A DNA stretch of 64,000 bases from Clostridia bacterium (GTDB taxonomy: Bacteria > Bacillota > Clostridia > Christensenellales > Aristaeellaceae). Below are positions 17,538 to 27,390 of this stretch, piece after piece; the first letter of the stretch is position 1; the number at the start of each line of letters is the position of its first letter. The notes under the pieces were generated by a model that was given only the letters and a program-made list of their open reading frames with translations, made no database searches and was not told the origin of the DNA. Both the position numbers and the translations under genes were made by a program. The stretch is from the NCBI GenBank assembly GCA_017532155.1, contig JAFXJP010000048.1, positions 231 through 64,230 on the forward strand, written 5' to 3'.

Positions 17538-18362
17538 ATGCTGATTGAACTGCTTAAAACGCTGCTGATTGGCATTGTGCAGGGCATTACTGAGTGGCTG
17601 CCGGTGTCGTCTACGGGCCATATGATATTGCTGGATGAGCTGATAAAGCTGAATGTGAGCGACGCCTTTATGGAGCTGTTCCGCGTGGTGATTCAGCTGG
17701 GCTCCATCTTGGCAGTGCTGGTGCTGTACTTCCATAAGCTCAATCCCTTTGCGCCCTCCAAAACGCAGATAGAGAAAAAAGACACCTGGACGCTGTGGTT
17801 CAAGGTGGTTGTGGCGGTCATCCCTTCGGCGGTAATTGGCCTGCTGCTGGACGACTGGTTCGACGCGCATTTCTATAATTACATCACCGTTGCCATCACC
17901 CTGGTGGCGTACGGCGTGATCTTTTTGTTCCTGGATCGGCTGGGCAGCCAGAAGAAACTGGTGGAAAGAACGCAGGATATTTCCTGGCGCACTGCCTTCC
18001 TGGTGGGCTGCTTCCAGGTGCTTAGCATCATTCCCGGTACCTCCCGCAGTGGCAGCACCATCATTGGCGCGCTGCTGATGGGTTTGTCCAGACCGGTTGC
18101 AGCGGAGTTTTCGTTCTTTATGGCCATTCCCACGATGCTGGGCGCCAGCGGTCTGAAAGCGGTGAAATTCCTGCTGGACGGCGCGGCGATGACGGGCGCG
18201 GAGGGCGTGATCCTGCTTTTTGGCTGCGCGGTGGCGTTTATTGTATCGCTGCTTTCCATCCGCGCGCTGATGAACTATGTGCGCAATCACTCCTTCAAGG
18301 CTTTCGGCGTATATCGCATTGTGCTGGGTGTGATTGTGCTGATGTGGTATCTGCTGCATTAA
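17538..18362 (+). CDS. uppP: Undecaprenyl-diphosphate phosphatase
   Basis: GITEWLPVSSTGH and PGTSRSGSTI motifs. Polytopic. Confidence 0.9.
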   Translation: MLIELLKTLLIGIVQGITEWLPVSSTGHMILLDELIKLNVSDAFMELFRVVIQLGSILAVLVLYFHKLNPFAPSKTQIEKKDTWTLWFKVVVAVIPSAVIGLLLDDWFDAHFYNYITVAITLVAYGVIFLFLDRLGSQKKLVERTQDISWRTAFLVGCFQVLSIIPGTSRSGSTIIGALLMGLSRPVAAEFSFFMAIPTMLGASGLKAVKFLLDGAAMTGAEGVILLFGCAVAFIVSLLSIRALMNYVRNHSFKAFGVYRIVLGVIVLMWYLLH

Positions 18363-18372
18363 TTGATTTCTC

Positions 18373-18398
18373 AGCCGTCCGCAAGGGCGGCTTTTTTC
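18373..18398 (+). terminator. Rho-independent terminator after uppP
   Basis: Stem AGCCGTCC / GGGCGGCT with a GCAA loop, then T6. Confidence 0.8.
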
Positions 18399-18409
18399 TG
18401 TGAGGAAAC

Positions 18410-19261
18410 ATGAAAACAGGACTTGTACTCGAGGGCGGCGCGCTGCGGGGTCTGTTTACGGCGGGCGTGCTGGACGTGATGATGGAGCAAAATCTGACGG
18501 TGGACGCCATTGTCGGCGTATCTGCCGGCGCGGTGTTTGGCTGCAATTTTAAATCACGGCAGATTGGACGAACCATCCGTTATAACAAAAAATACTGCCG
18601 CGACTGGCGCTACGGGTCTTTTCGCTCGCTTTTGCTGACGGGCGATTACTACGGCGCAGATTTTTGCTATCGCCGCATTCCGGAGGAATTGGATCCATTT
18701 GACGTGCAGACCTATCAGCAAAACGGCATGACATTTGATGTGGTTTGTACGGATGTTGAAACGGGCGAGGCGGTTTATCACCGCTGTGAAACAAGCATGG
18801 ATGAGGATCTGAAATGGATGCGCGCGTCGGCATCTATGCCGCTGGTGTCGCGCCCAGTGCAAATAGACGGCAAAAAATACCTGGACGGCGGCATTGCCGA
18901 TTCCATCCCGCTGCACTATATGGAAAAGCTGGGCTGCCCGCACAGCATTGTGATTCTTACTCAGCCGCAGGGATTTGTGAAAGAGCCCAATCGGCTGCTG
19001 CCGGTGATGCGGCTGCTGTTGAAAAAGTACCCTGCTTTGCTGCGTGCGCTGGAACACAGGCATGAAGGATATAATGCCATCACGAAGGAGATTGCAGAAA
19101 AGGAAGCGCGCGGGGAGATTCTGGTGATCCGGCCGGAAAGCGCGCTGAACATCGGCGCGGCCTCGCATGATCCCAGGGAGATGGAGCGGGTGTACCAGCT
19201 GGGCCGCAGAATGGGCGAAAAGAAACTCTCGGAGATTCAGCGCTTTATTGCAAATACATGA
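18410..19261 (+). CDS. Patatin-like phospholipase
   Basis: GGALRG oxyanion motif and the GVSAGA nucleophile elbow. Confidence 0.85.
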   Translation: MKTGLVLEGGALRGLFTAGVLDVMMEQNLTVDAIVGVSAGAVFGCNFKSRQIGRTIRYNKKYCRDWRYGSFRSLLLTGDYYGADFCYRRIPEELDPFDVQTYQQNGMTFDVVCTDVETGEAVYHRCETSMDEDLKWMRASASMPLVSRPVQIDGKKYLDGGIADSIPLHYMEKLGCPHSIVILTQPQGFVKEPNRLLPVMRLLLKKYPALLRALEHRHEGYNAITKEIAEKEARGEILVIRPESALNIGAASHDPREMERVYQLGRRMGEKKLSEIQRFIANT

Positions 19262-19265
19262 AGAA

Positions 19266-19547
19266 AAGAGGATGCCTGGAGGCATCCTCCTCGGTTGGCA
19301 AAAAATCATATCTGACTCAGCGGGATGCAATGAAGGGCGGCCAGCCCTTCATTTTTAATCCGCAGCGGCGGCGTGTACGCCGCGAGGAGCAGTTGAAATA
19401 CTGCTTCCGATATCATTTTCCGGCCGTGAGGCGTAGCCTCACAGGAAAATGATGCTCCGTATGAAAGTCTGCTTTAGCTGACTTTCATGCGCATTGTGTC
19501 GAAAATATTTTTTCGACACAATGAAGAGGATGCCTGGAGGCATCCTC
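19266..19547. repeat. Hairpin-dense 258-bp block bounded by a perfect 24-bp direct repeat
   Basis: AAGAGGATGCCTGGAGGCATCCTC occurs at 19266-19289 and 19524-19547, and each copy is itself a 9-bp-stem hairpin. At least six further unrelated stem-loops lie between them. Confidence 0.75.
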
Positions 19548-19633
19548 TTTTGGCTTGATTCTTTTTGCTTGATTTATTGTTGAGGAAAGGATGGCATGAT
19601 GATGGGGCATACTCAGCAAGGGAGGAAAATGCT

Positions 19634-20851
19634 ATGATCGATTATTTGATGGAAGCGAAAGCGCTTTATGAACATATGCTGCGGCATCGCCGCTATCTGC
19701 ACAGCCATGCCGAAACAGGATTTGATTTGAACGATACCTGCGCGTATGTCAAAAAAGCGCTGCGCGAAATGGGGCTTGCACCAAAGGATTGCGGGCGCAG
19801 CGGGATTGTGTGCACAATTGGTTTTGGAGATACTTGCTTTTTGCTGCGTGCGGACATGGATGCGCTGCCGATTCAGGAGGAAGCCGGACAGGCGTTTGAT
19901 TGTCAAAACGGCTGCATGCACGCCTGCGGTCACGATCTGCATACGGCTATGCTGCTGGGCGCGGCGGAGCTGCTGAAAAAGCACGAGAAAGAGCTGCAAG
20001 GCTGCGTAAAACTCATGTTTCAGCCGGCAGAGGAAACACTGCGCGGGGCGGAGGACATGATCCGCAACGGCGTGCTGGAGAATCCGCGTCCTGTGGGCGG
20101 CATGATGCTGCATGTGATGACGGGCGTGCCGATCAAGACCGGTACGGTGATCATATCAGCGCCCGGCGTGAGCGCGCCGGAGGCGAGTATGTTTGAATTG
20201 CTTGTGCGGGGGCGCGGCGGACACGGCGCATCGCCGGAGGAAACGGTGGATCCCATTCATGCGGCGGCGCACATTTTGCTGGCGCTGCAGAGCATCAAGG
20301 CGCGGGAATTGCCTTCGCAGAGCGGCGCTATGCTGACAATTGGCGCAGTGCAGGGCGGGGAGGCGCCCAATGTGATTGCCAATCAGGTGCTGATGCGCGG
20401 CAGCCTGCGTGCATACAGCGCAGAGGAATGCGATAAGCTGCGGCGGCGCACGGAGGAGATTGCCCGCATGACGGCGCAGACCTTTGGCGCGACGGCGGAG
20501 TTTCATGTGACCAGCGGTACGCCGACGCTGATAAATGACAGACAGATGGTGGAATCTGCCCGGAAGACGCTGCCCGGGGTACTGGGCGCGCAGCACGTGC
20601 TGGAGGCCGAAATAATGGGTGCTTCGCGGTCGTCGGGATCTGAGGATTTTGCCTGCGTGAGCCATGAAATCCCTTCCGTGATGCTGGCGCTGGCAGCAGG
20701 ACGGACAGAGGATGGATACACGCACGGGCTGCATCACCCGCATACGCGCTTTGATGAGGCGGCGATGCCTTACGGCGCAGCTGCGCTGGCAGGTATGGCG
20801 ATGCATTTTCTTGCTGCCCATGAAGGGGCGGAATTTGACACGAAAGCGTGA
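19634..20851 (+). CDS. M20-family amidohydrolase (N-acyl-amino-acid amidohydrolase-like)
   Basis: ATG at 19634 after GGGAGGA. Motifs MHACGHDLH and FQPAEE. Confidence 0.85.
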   Translation: MIDYLMEAKALYEHMLRHRRYLHSHAETGFDLNDTCAYVKKALREMGLAPKDCGRSGIVCTIGFGDTCFLLRADMDALPIQEEAGQAFDCQNGCMHACGHDLHTAMLLGAAELLKKHEKELQGCVKLMFQPAEETLRGAEDMIRNGVLENPRPVGGMMLHVMTGVPIKTGTVIISAPGVSAPEASMFELLVRGRGGHGASPEETVDPIHAAAHILLALQSIKARELPSQSGAMLTIGAVQGGEAPNVIANQVLMRGSLRAYSAEECDKLRRRTEEIARMTAQTFGATAEFHVTSGTPTLINDRQMVESARKTLPGVLGAQHVLEAEIMGASRSSGSEDFACVSHEIPSVMLALAAGRTEDGYTHGLHHPHTRFDEAAMPYGAAALAGMAMHFLAAHEGAEFDTKA

Positions 20852-20897
20852 AAATATTATACTGATAGGGGAAATAAATAAGTTGGAATGAGGAGCT

Positions 20898-21386
20898 ATG
20901 CTAAACGGTAAAAAGCTGAGAATTGCCCGGTATATACTGTGGACGCTGCTGCTGGCCATGCTGGTAATTATCTTTTTGTTTTCGGCGCAAAAGGGCGAGG
21001 ACTCCGGCGAAACCTCTGGATACATTGCGCAGATGGTGCTGCGCATCATCAGGCCAGACTATACGTTTTTGCCGGAAGAAACGCAGCAGGCGCTGCTGGA
21101 GCGGACGGATTGGATTGTACGCAAGGGCGCGCATTTTTCGGAATATGCTGTGCTTGCATTCATTCTGTATTTCTTGCTGCGTACGTATCCGCTGAAAATA
21201 TATGCGGCGTGGGCCTGGCTGGGCGCGACGGGCTATGCGGTGACGGATGAAGTGCATCAGCTGTTTGTGGGCGAGCGCGCGGGCAGCATGAAGGATGTGC
21301 TGCTTGACAGCTGCGGTGCGGCGGCCGGCGTTGCGCTGGCATATTTGCTGGCAAAGTGGAAACTGAAAAAAGGGAAGAAAGTTTAA
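20898..21386 (+). CDS. VanZ-family membrane protein
   Basis: Four TM segments and the DEVHQLFVGERAGSMKDVLLD motif. Confidence 0.75.
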   Translation: MLNGKKLRIARYILWTLLLAMLVIIFLFSAQKGEDSGETSGYIAQMVLRIIRPDYTFLPEETQQALLERTDWIVRKGAHFSEYAVLAFILYFLLRTYPLKIYAAWAWLGATGYAVTDEVHQLFVGERAGSMKDVLLDSCGAAAGVALAYLLAKWKLKKGKKV

Positions 21387-21448
21387 ATTCAGTTCTTTTT
21401 TGCATGGTATCATGAACTTGCAATCAATACCAAGGAGGCGTGCTTCAT

Positions 21449-22126
21449 TTGGAGAAAAACGAATGGAAAAGACAGCGGATGGAAGCCTTTATCAACCAGA
21501 AATCCGCTGAAGAAATCAAAGAGATGATCGACGCCATGCGCGCGATGATGAGCTATTATCGCTGCGCCATGCTGGAGATAGAAACAAAGTTCAAGGTGCT
21601 CAACGAGCAGTTTTCCCTGCAGCATGAGCGCAATCCTATTGAAAGCATCAAGTGCCGCGAGAAGTCAATAGAGTCCATTCAGGAAAAGCTTTCGCGAAAG
21701 GGGCTGCCTCTGACAATGGAGGCCATTGAAAGCAACCTGAACGACGTGGCGGGCGTCAGGGTGATCTGCAGCTTTGTGGATGATATTTATATGCTGGCGG
21801 ATTGTCTTTTGCAGCAGGATGACGTCAGGCTGATTGAGCGCAAGGACTATATCAAAAATCCCAAGCCCAACGGCTACCGCAGCCTGCATCTGATTGTGGA
21901 GGTGCCCGTCTTTTTGCAAAATGAAAAAAAGATGGTGCGCGCCGAAGTGCAATTGCGCACCATTGCGATGGAATTGTGGGCCAATCTTGAGCATCGGCTG
22001 CGCTATAAAAAGGAACTGAGCGAGGATGTGCTCAAAAGAACGGCGCTGGAGCTGGCAGAATGCGCCATGATTACCTATACGCTGGATGAAAAGATGCAGC
22101 GCGTCAGAGACATTATTGAAAAATAA
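21449..22126 (+). CDS. Small alarmone synthetase (RelA/SpoT-domain GTP pyrophosphokinase, RelQ/RelP-like)
   Basis: GVRVICSF, NGYRSLHLIV and EVQLRTIAM. The start is uncertain: TTG at 21449 is 10 nt after AAGGAGG, and ATG at 21479 is the alternative. Confidence 0.8.
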   Translation: MEKNEWKRQRMEAFINQKSAEEIKEMIDAMRAMMSYYRCAMLEIETKFKVLNEQFSLQHERNPIESIKCREKSIESIQEKLSRKGLPLTMEAIESNLNDVAGVRVICSFVDDIYMLADCLLQQDDVRLIERKDYIKNPKPNGYRSLHLIVEVPVFLQNEKKMVRAEVQLRTIAMELWANLEHRLRYKKELSEDVLKRTALELAECAMITYTLDEKMQRVRDIIEK

Positions 22127-22147
22127 TCGCGAAAGACGGAGAGGAAT

Positions 22148-23263
22148 ATGAAGCCTGAAACAAAAAAACTGGTTCGGATCGGCCTGATGATTGTCGGCGT
22201 ATGGCTGGTGATAAATTATTGGAACGGCTGCGTAAAGCTGCTGCTGAGCATTCTGGGCGCGGCGCTCCCGCTGCTGCTGGGCTGCGTGATTGCCTATATT
22301 GTCAATATCGTGATGAGCGGCTATGAGCGCATCATTTTTCCCAAAAGCAAAAACAAAACCTGGAAGAAGGCGCGGCGGCCGGTGTGCATGCTGCTGGCCT
22401 TTGGCAGCGTGGCGGTGGGATTGTATCTGATCATCAGCATTACGCTGCCGGAGCTGGCCAATTGCGTGGGCCTGCTGCTTGAAAAGCTGCCGCCGGCGAT
22501 CGAAAAGCTGTGGGTATTTATGGAGGATAAGCTGAATCTTTCCGAGACCTTCCCGGAACTGACGCAGCGGTTCGAAAATCTGGATCTGCGCAGCGCCCTC
22601 AATGAAGTATGGGGCGTGGTGAGCAAGGGCGTGGGCAGCGCGGTGGATGTGGTGGTCACGGCAGCTACCTCGCTGGTGTCGGGCGTGGTTACGCTGTTCC
22701 TCAGCCTGGTGTTCAGCATTTATCTGCTGGGCGGCAAGGAAAAGCTGCTCAGCCAGTTTCAGCGGCTGCTCAATGCCTATGTAAAGCCCAAGCATGCTGC
22801 GCGCGTGCGCTATGTGCTGTCCACCATGAACCGCTCGTTCCATAAATACATTGTCGGCCAGTGCACTGAGGCGCTGATCCTGGGCAGTTTGTGCATGGCG
22901 GGTATGCTGATTCTGCGCCTGCCCTATGCGCCGATGATCGGCGCGCTGGTGGGCGTAACGGCGCTGATTCCCGTAGCGGGCGCGTATATTGGCGCGGGCT
23001 TTGGCGCGTTCATGATCTTTACCGTATCGCCCGTCAAGGCGCTGGTATTCTTGATTTATCTGGTGATCCTCCAGCAGGTGGAGGGAAATCTGATTTTCCC
23101 GCGCGTGGTGGGTTCGTCGCTGGGGCTGCCCGGCATGTGGGTGCTGGCGTCGGTAACGGTGTTCGGCGGCTTGTTTGGCATTCCGGGCATGATCATCGGC
23201 GTGCCGCTGACGGCGACCGTTTATGCGCTGGTGAAAGAGAATGTGCTGAAAAAGGAACAGTAA
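22148..23263 (+). CDS. AI-2E family transporter (PerM-like permease)
   Basis: Polytopic, with a C-terminal QQVEGNLIFPRVVG motif. Confidence 0.8.
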   Translation: MKPETKKLVRIGLMIVGVWLVINYWNGCVKLLLSILGAALPLLLGCVIAYIVNIVMSGYERIIFPKSKNKTWKKARRPVCMLLAFGSVAVGLYLIISITLPELANCVGLLLEKLPPAIEKLWVFMEDKLNLSETFPELTQRFENLDLRSALNEVWGVVSKGVGSAVDVVVTAATSLVSGVVTLFLSLVFSIYLLGGKEKLLSQFQRLLNAYVKPKHAARVRYVLSTMNRSFHKYIVGQCTEALILGSLCMAGMLILRLPYAPMIGALVGVTALIPVAGAYIGAGFGAFMIFTVSPVKALVFLIYLVILQQVEGNLIFPRVVGSSLGLPGMWVLASVTVFGGLFGIPGMIIGVPLTATVYALVKENVLKKEQ

Positions 23264-23265
23264 TG

Positions 23266-23295
23266 AAAAGAGCGTGTCGTACGACACGCTCTTTT
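23266..23295. terminator. Bidirectional terminator
   Basis: Stem AAAAGAGCGTGTC / GACACGCTCTTTT. It abuts the stop codon (23298-23300) of the minus-strand methyltransferase gene. Confidence 0.8.
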
Positions 23296-23297
23296 TT

Positions 23298-24092
23298 TTA
23301 TGCTTTCTTTTTGAGAATCCAGACATAGTTTCCGCTGTCTTCAGTGCTTTTGTGGTAATCTCCGTAGATGTTCAGCACTTCAAAGCCGCACAGCTCGATG
23401 AGATAAAGCAATTCCTGTTTGTAGGTCTGGCGCATTTTCAGCGGACGGATGCGCTCGGTAATTTTCTGCCCGGCTGCGTCCAAGGTTTCAAATTTCCAGT
23501 TGCCGTACATGATCTGTGTTTTAGGATCGTAGGAAATGGCATTATATATCTTTTCGCGCAGACCGTCGGCATTTGTGTATTCCAGCCGGTAGGTATAGTC
23601 TTCCGGGCTTGTTTTCATTTGCTCGGCCTGAAAAGGAGGATAAGGCGCAAAGGTGTTGAGCGTGAGGATGCCGTCATTTGTCAGGTGCCTGCGTATGTTC
23701 ATTAGCGCTTTGCGCTGGTCTTCCGGTGTGAGCAGATGCATAAAGCCGCTGCGGGCGATGATGGCCAGCGAGTATTTTTTATCAATCGAAAAGTCCGTCA
23801 TGTTGCCGGGGAAAATGTGCAGCGCGAGGCCTTGCTGCGCGGCCTTTTCCTGCGCGACGCGGCACATGGCTTCGGAAAGGTCCGTGCCGTCAATGGGTAT
23901 GCCAGCCTGTGCGATGTGCAGCAGCACAGCGCCTGTTCCGCAGGCGATGTCGATTACGCCACCGCTGCCGTATTCGCGGGCCAGATCAAGATAAAAATCC
24001 TGAAAGCCTTCGTAGTTGTCGTGGTCGCGGTACATGACATCCAGGTACAGGTCGTAGTTTTCCGCAACGTCTTTAAAATCGTGTAAATCCAT
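23298..24092 (-). CDS. Class I SAM-dependent methyltransferase
   Basis: ATG at 24092 after AAGGAGC. Motif I VIDIACGTG. Confidence 0.85.
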   Translation of the reverse strand: MDLHDFKDVAENYDLYLDVMYRDHDNYEGFQDFYLDLAREYGSGGVIDIACGTGAVLLHIAQAGIPIDGTDLSEAMCRVAQEKAAQQGLALHIFPGNMTDFSIDKKYSLAIIARSGFMHLLTPEDQRKALMNIRRHLTNDGILTLNTFAPYPPFQAEQMKTSPEDYTYRLEYTNADGLREKIYNAISYDPKTQIMYGNWKFETLDAAGQKITERIRPLKMRQTYKQELLYLIELCGFEVLNIYGDYHKSTEDSGNYVWILKKKA

Positions 24093-24105
24093 TGTAAGCT
24101 CCTTG

Positions 24106-25077
24106 TTAATGCACAAACAGCGGCAGATAGAGAACCACTGCGCCGAAGATCATGATGATCACCGCGCTGATGCGGGACATCATCAGGCCGGCATCGGAGA
24201 GCTCGGGCTCGTAGCGGTACTGCCAGCGCGAGCCGAAGAAAGCCATTTCTTCCGGCCACAGCAGCTGCGCAACGCCCAGGAAATAAATAAGCGACAGGAA
24301 GAAGACAACCGCTTCGCCGCGCGACTCTACACGCTCCTTGAGGGCGGCGTTGATCATCAGCCAGCAGGTGTTCTGGCGGTTTACGCGGTCCTCGCTGTAC
24401 GCATAGGGGAAAGATCGAAGCAGTTTGTCGTTGATCAGCATTTCGCCCTTTTCGTTGACATACAGCGTGCCGCCGCTGTTAAACTGCGTTTGATCCAGTA
24501 CCGTGCCGTTTTCAAGCGTTATGATGGTAGGCGGCGTGCCGAACTGCGTGCCGTCGTTCCGGGTTTCGTAGCCGTAAAAATACTCGCCCGCTTCCGTTTT
24601 GTAGTTTACCCATTCGCCGATGACTTTTTTGCCGGTTTCGCCATCGTAGATGGGCTGGGTTTCAATTACATAAGGTGCAAACCTGAGAGGCGTTTTGTCA
24701 AGATCGTCAATGACGATCAGGCTGGCGCCGTCGGTAAAAGGAAAATAATCGCCGCCGACAGATACGCCGCCCCACGAATTGCCCGAAAGGATGAGGGTAA
24801 AGCCGTCGTTAAAGGCGATGTGATACGTGCCTTCCTCGGGCTGCGTCAGCTCTGCGCTGCAGGCATAGCCGTCGACAAGCAGATCAAATTGATAAACTCC
24901 CTCCGTTTCAGTGTAGCTGAAGCGGTTGTTTTTGTTGGCGATAAAGGTGTTTTCGTCTGTCAGACGATAGAATTGATCATTCCAGTCAATGCCCTTTTGT
25001 GTGTGCAGCGGGATGGCCAGCAAAACCAGGATTATGTAGATGGCTACAAGCAAAAGTCCCTTGCGTTTGTTGGTCAT
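24106..25077 (-). CDS. Membrane protein of unknown function (N-terminal TM, extracytoplasmic domain, C-terminal TM pair)
   Basis: AAGGAGGGAGA RBS. Lies 13 nt upstream of the methyltransferase gene on the same strand. Confidence 0.7.
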   Translation of the reverse strand: MTNKRKGLLLVAIYIILVLLAIPLHTQKGIDWNDQFYRLTDENTFIANKNNRFSYTETEGVYQFDLLVDGYACSAELTQPEEGTYHIAFNDGFTLILSGNSWGGVSVGGDYFPFTDGASLIVIDDLDKTPLRFAPYVIETQPIYDGETGKKVIGEWVNYKTEAGEYFYGYETRNDGTQFGTPPTIITLENGTVLDQTQFNSGGTLYVNEKGEMLINDKLLRSFPYAYSEDRVNRQNTCWLMINAALKERVESRGEAVVFFLSLIYFLGVAQLLWPEEMAFFGSRWQYRYEPELSDAGLMMSRISAVIIMIFGAVVLYLPLFVH

Positions 25078-25225
25078 AAGTCTCCCTCCTTTTCTGAAAA
25101 CATTATAGCATAATTAGCTGCGGGCGCAAGTGATTTGGTTTCAATTGTCGTATTGAGCGTCTGAATTGACAAATGCATAAAGAGCGGGGATTGGGGCAAT
25201 CCTGCCTAGAAAAAGGAGGATGAAC

Positions 25226-25981
25226 ATGCTCGGATGGTTGAATGTGATCGCCTTTGCAGGCACGGTGGCGGTCAATGCTCTGGCTAACGTGCTGCCCATT
25301 GCAGGGGTGAAGACGGAGGATATATCGCAAAAGTATCAGCATTTGTTTTCGCCGGCGGATTACGCCTTTGCAATCTGGGGTGTGATTTATGCGCTGCTGG
25401 CGGGGTTTGTGTGGTATCAGGCGATGAAAAAGCACCAGGGAATTGCCCAAAGATGCGGGCCGTGGTTTATTGTCAATTGCATTGCCAATGCGCTGTGGAT
25501 GATTCTGTGGCATTATGAATGGCTGGGATTGTCCGTTGCGTGCATGGCGGTGATTGTGCTTTCGCTGGTGATGCTCAATATCCGTCTGGAGAAAGTGAAA
25601 AACACCTGGCAGGAGAAAATATTTATTCAGGGGGGCTTGGGATTGTATCTGGGCTGGGTATGCGTGGCGATGGCGGCCAATGCGGCGTCATTTCTGGTGC
25701 AGACGGGCTTTTCAGGCTTTGGCATTACGCCGGAAATATGGACAATTGCTGTGGCGGTCATGCTGTCGCTGCTGAGCGCGGCGGTGCTGGACAGATTTGA
25801 AAATCCTTTCTTTGGCGCAGCGGTGCTTTGGGGCCTGGCGGGCGTGATGGCGCAGCATCTGATCGGCTATCATATGCGCTATGGCTGGGCGCTGGCTGCC
25901 TGCGCTCTGGCGATGATCATATTGCTGATAAAGATGTGGCAGCTGTTTGGCGCAGGAAAAATGGCGCATGTGCAGGAATGA
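25226..25981 (+). CDS. TspO/MBR-related tryptophan-rich membrane protein (tentative)
   Basis: The second ATG at 25226 is 6 nt after AAGGAGG. Motif FSPADYAFAIWGVIYALL. Polytopic. Confidence 0.55.
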   Translation: MLGWLNVIAFAGTVAVNALANVLPIAGVKTEDISQKYQHLFSPADYAFAIWGVIYALLAGFVWYQAMKKHQGIAQRCGPWFIVNCIANALWMILWHYEWLGLSVACMAVIVLSLVMLNIRLEKVKNTWQEKIFIQGGLGLYLGWVCVAMAANAASFLVQTGFSGFGITPEIWTIAVAVMLSLLSAAVLDRFENPFFGAAVLWGLAGVMAQHLIGYHMRYGWALAACALAMIILLIKMWQLFGAGKMAHVQE

Positions 25982-26024
25982 TTGGCAGGCAGTGCGCACA
26001 TAATACGCCTGAAGGAGTGATGAA

Positions 26025-27293
26025 ATGAATCCGTTTTTGATGAAACCACAAAAGCATGAAAAGGAACTGCTGTTGCTGGAGTGGCGCAAGCTTTGGCCCA
26101 AGCCGTATGACAAGCGCACGGTGGATCCCTATACCCGCACGCGCGTGATCCTGATGAATGGCACGGAGTTTGAAAATGTATGGTTTACGCATCAGTTTAA
26201 CCGTCAGACGGACAATAATGAACTCAGGCGTCAGCTGGCGCTGCTTCGCCGCAGCGAGCAACAGCAGCAGAAGCTGATTTCGCATCTGAAGCCGCCGGAG
26301 GAAACGCTGCTTGAGCATACCATCGGTTATGAGCAGCTGGCGGTGGATCTGACGGCGCATCTGGCCAAGCGCGTTTGTGATCAGGGGCTTAAAAATGCGC
26401 TGGATTTTGCGCTGCTGGAGGACTTTGACCATCTGTACCGCTATGCCGATCTGCTGGACATGGAATGCGGCGTGAAGGCAGAGCAGCTGGTAGGCCATTA
26501 TACCGAAATCATGCCTGGCCGGCCGACGATTGCGCATCATCGCCATCCCTTTGACAGCGTGCGCTTTGCGATGGAAAAGCCCTGCCCGCCGGTGTTTGAT
26601 GTGCTGGCAGCCAATATCATCACGGCGGCAGAACAGCAGACCATGAATTATTATATGAATGTATCGGCAGCCTATCCTGATGCGCGCGGCAAAAAGCTGT
26701 ATCAGGAAATCGGCATGGTGGAGGAGCAGCACGTCACGCATTACGGCAGCCTGCTGGATCCGCATATGACGTGGCTGGAAAATCTTTTGTGGCATCAGTA
26801 TGCAGAGTGTTATCTGTACTACAGCTGTCATGCGCTGGAGACGGATGCAGGCATCCGCGAGGTGTGGGGCTTTATGCTGGAGCAGGAGATTGCGCATCTG
26901 CACATGGTATGCGATATGCTCAAAAAGTACGAGGGCAAGGAATGGCAGCAGGTGATTTCCGAGGGCGAATTTCCTGCGCCCCTGCGTCTGGAAAGCAATA
27001 TTCCCTATATTCGCGGCGTATTGCAAAATACAGTGGAAAACACCGCCTGCCGCGAAAACTATGTGCCGGTTTGCACGCTGCCGGAAAACGCGGATTTCTT
27101 TATCTATCAGAACATCGTCAACCGTAATACGGAAGATGTGCTGAGCCACCGCGTGATTGAGGAGTATATTGCCAGGAACGGCAAGGATTACCGCTATGAG
27201 ATTGCGGAGAATCCCATTCCGGCGCTGCGCGACAGGAAAAATGACAATACTACGGTCAGCCGCACCTATCAGTGTGAAATGGTGCACAACTAA
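26025..27293 (+). CDS. Ferritin-like (putative di-iron carboxylate) protein of unknown function
   Basis: Spaced E/H motifs: LEDFDH, AAEQQT, VEEQHVTH and LEQEIAHLH. 422 aa with no signal peptide. Confidence 0.55.
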   Translation: MNPFLMKPQKHEKELLLLEWRKLWPKPYDKRTVDPYTRTRVILMNGTEFENVWFTHQFNRQTDNNELRRQLALLRRSEQQQQKLISHLKPPEETLLEHTIGYEQLAVDLTAHLAKRVCDQGLKNALDFALLEDFDHLYRYADLLDMECGVKAEQLVGHYTEIMPGRPTIAHHRHPFDSVRFAMEKPCPPVFDVLAANIITAAEQQTMNYYMNVSAAYPDARGKKLYQEIGMVEEQHVTHYGSLLDPHMTWLENLLWHQYAECYLYYSCHALETDAGIREVWGFMLEQEIAHLHMVCDMLKKYEGKEWQQVISEGEFPAPLRLESNIPYIRGVLQNTVENTACRENYVPVCTLPENADFFIYQNIVNRNTEDVLSHRVIEEYIARNGKDYRYEIAENPIPALRDRKNDNTTVSRTYQCEMVHN

Positions 27294-27390
27294 AAAGAAA
27301 AACGCATCCGAAAGGGTGCGTTTTTCTTGCATCATGCGGCACGTGGCAGTATAATAGATTTACAATTTATAGCAAAAGAAGGTGCTTTTT

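Noticed and set aside
15800-17600. A parS site within or near parB.
   Set aside because: I searched by eye for TGTTNCACGTGAAACA-like 16-mers. The only CACGTG cores in the window (near 2046 and 27345) lack the flanking arms. A matrix scan could still find a degenerate site.
19258-19452. A 64-aa basic ORF overlapping the patatin stop codon and running through the hairpin array.
   Set aside because: It has no RBS, it is read straight through several perfect palindromes, and its composition is arginine-rich low-complexity sequence. The region is better explained as structured non-coding DNA.
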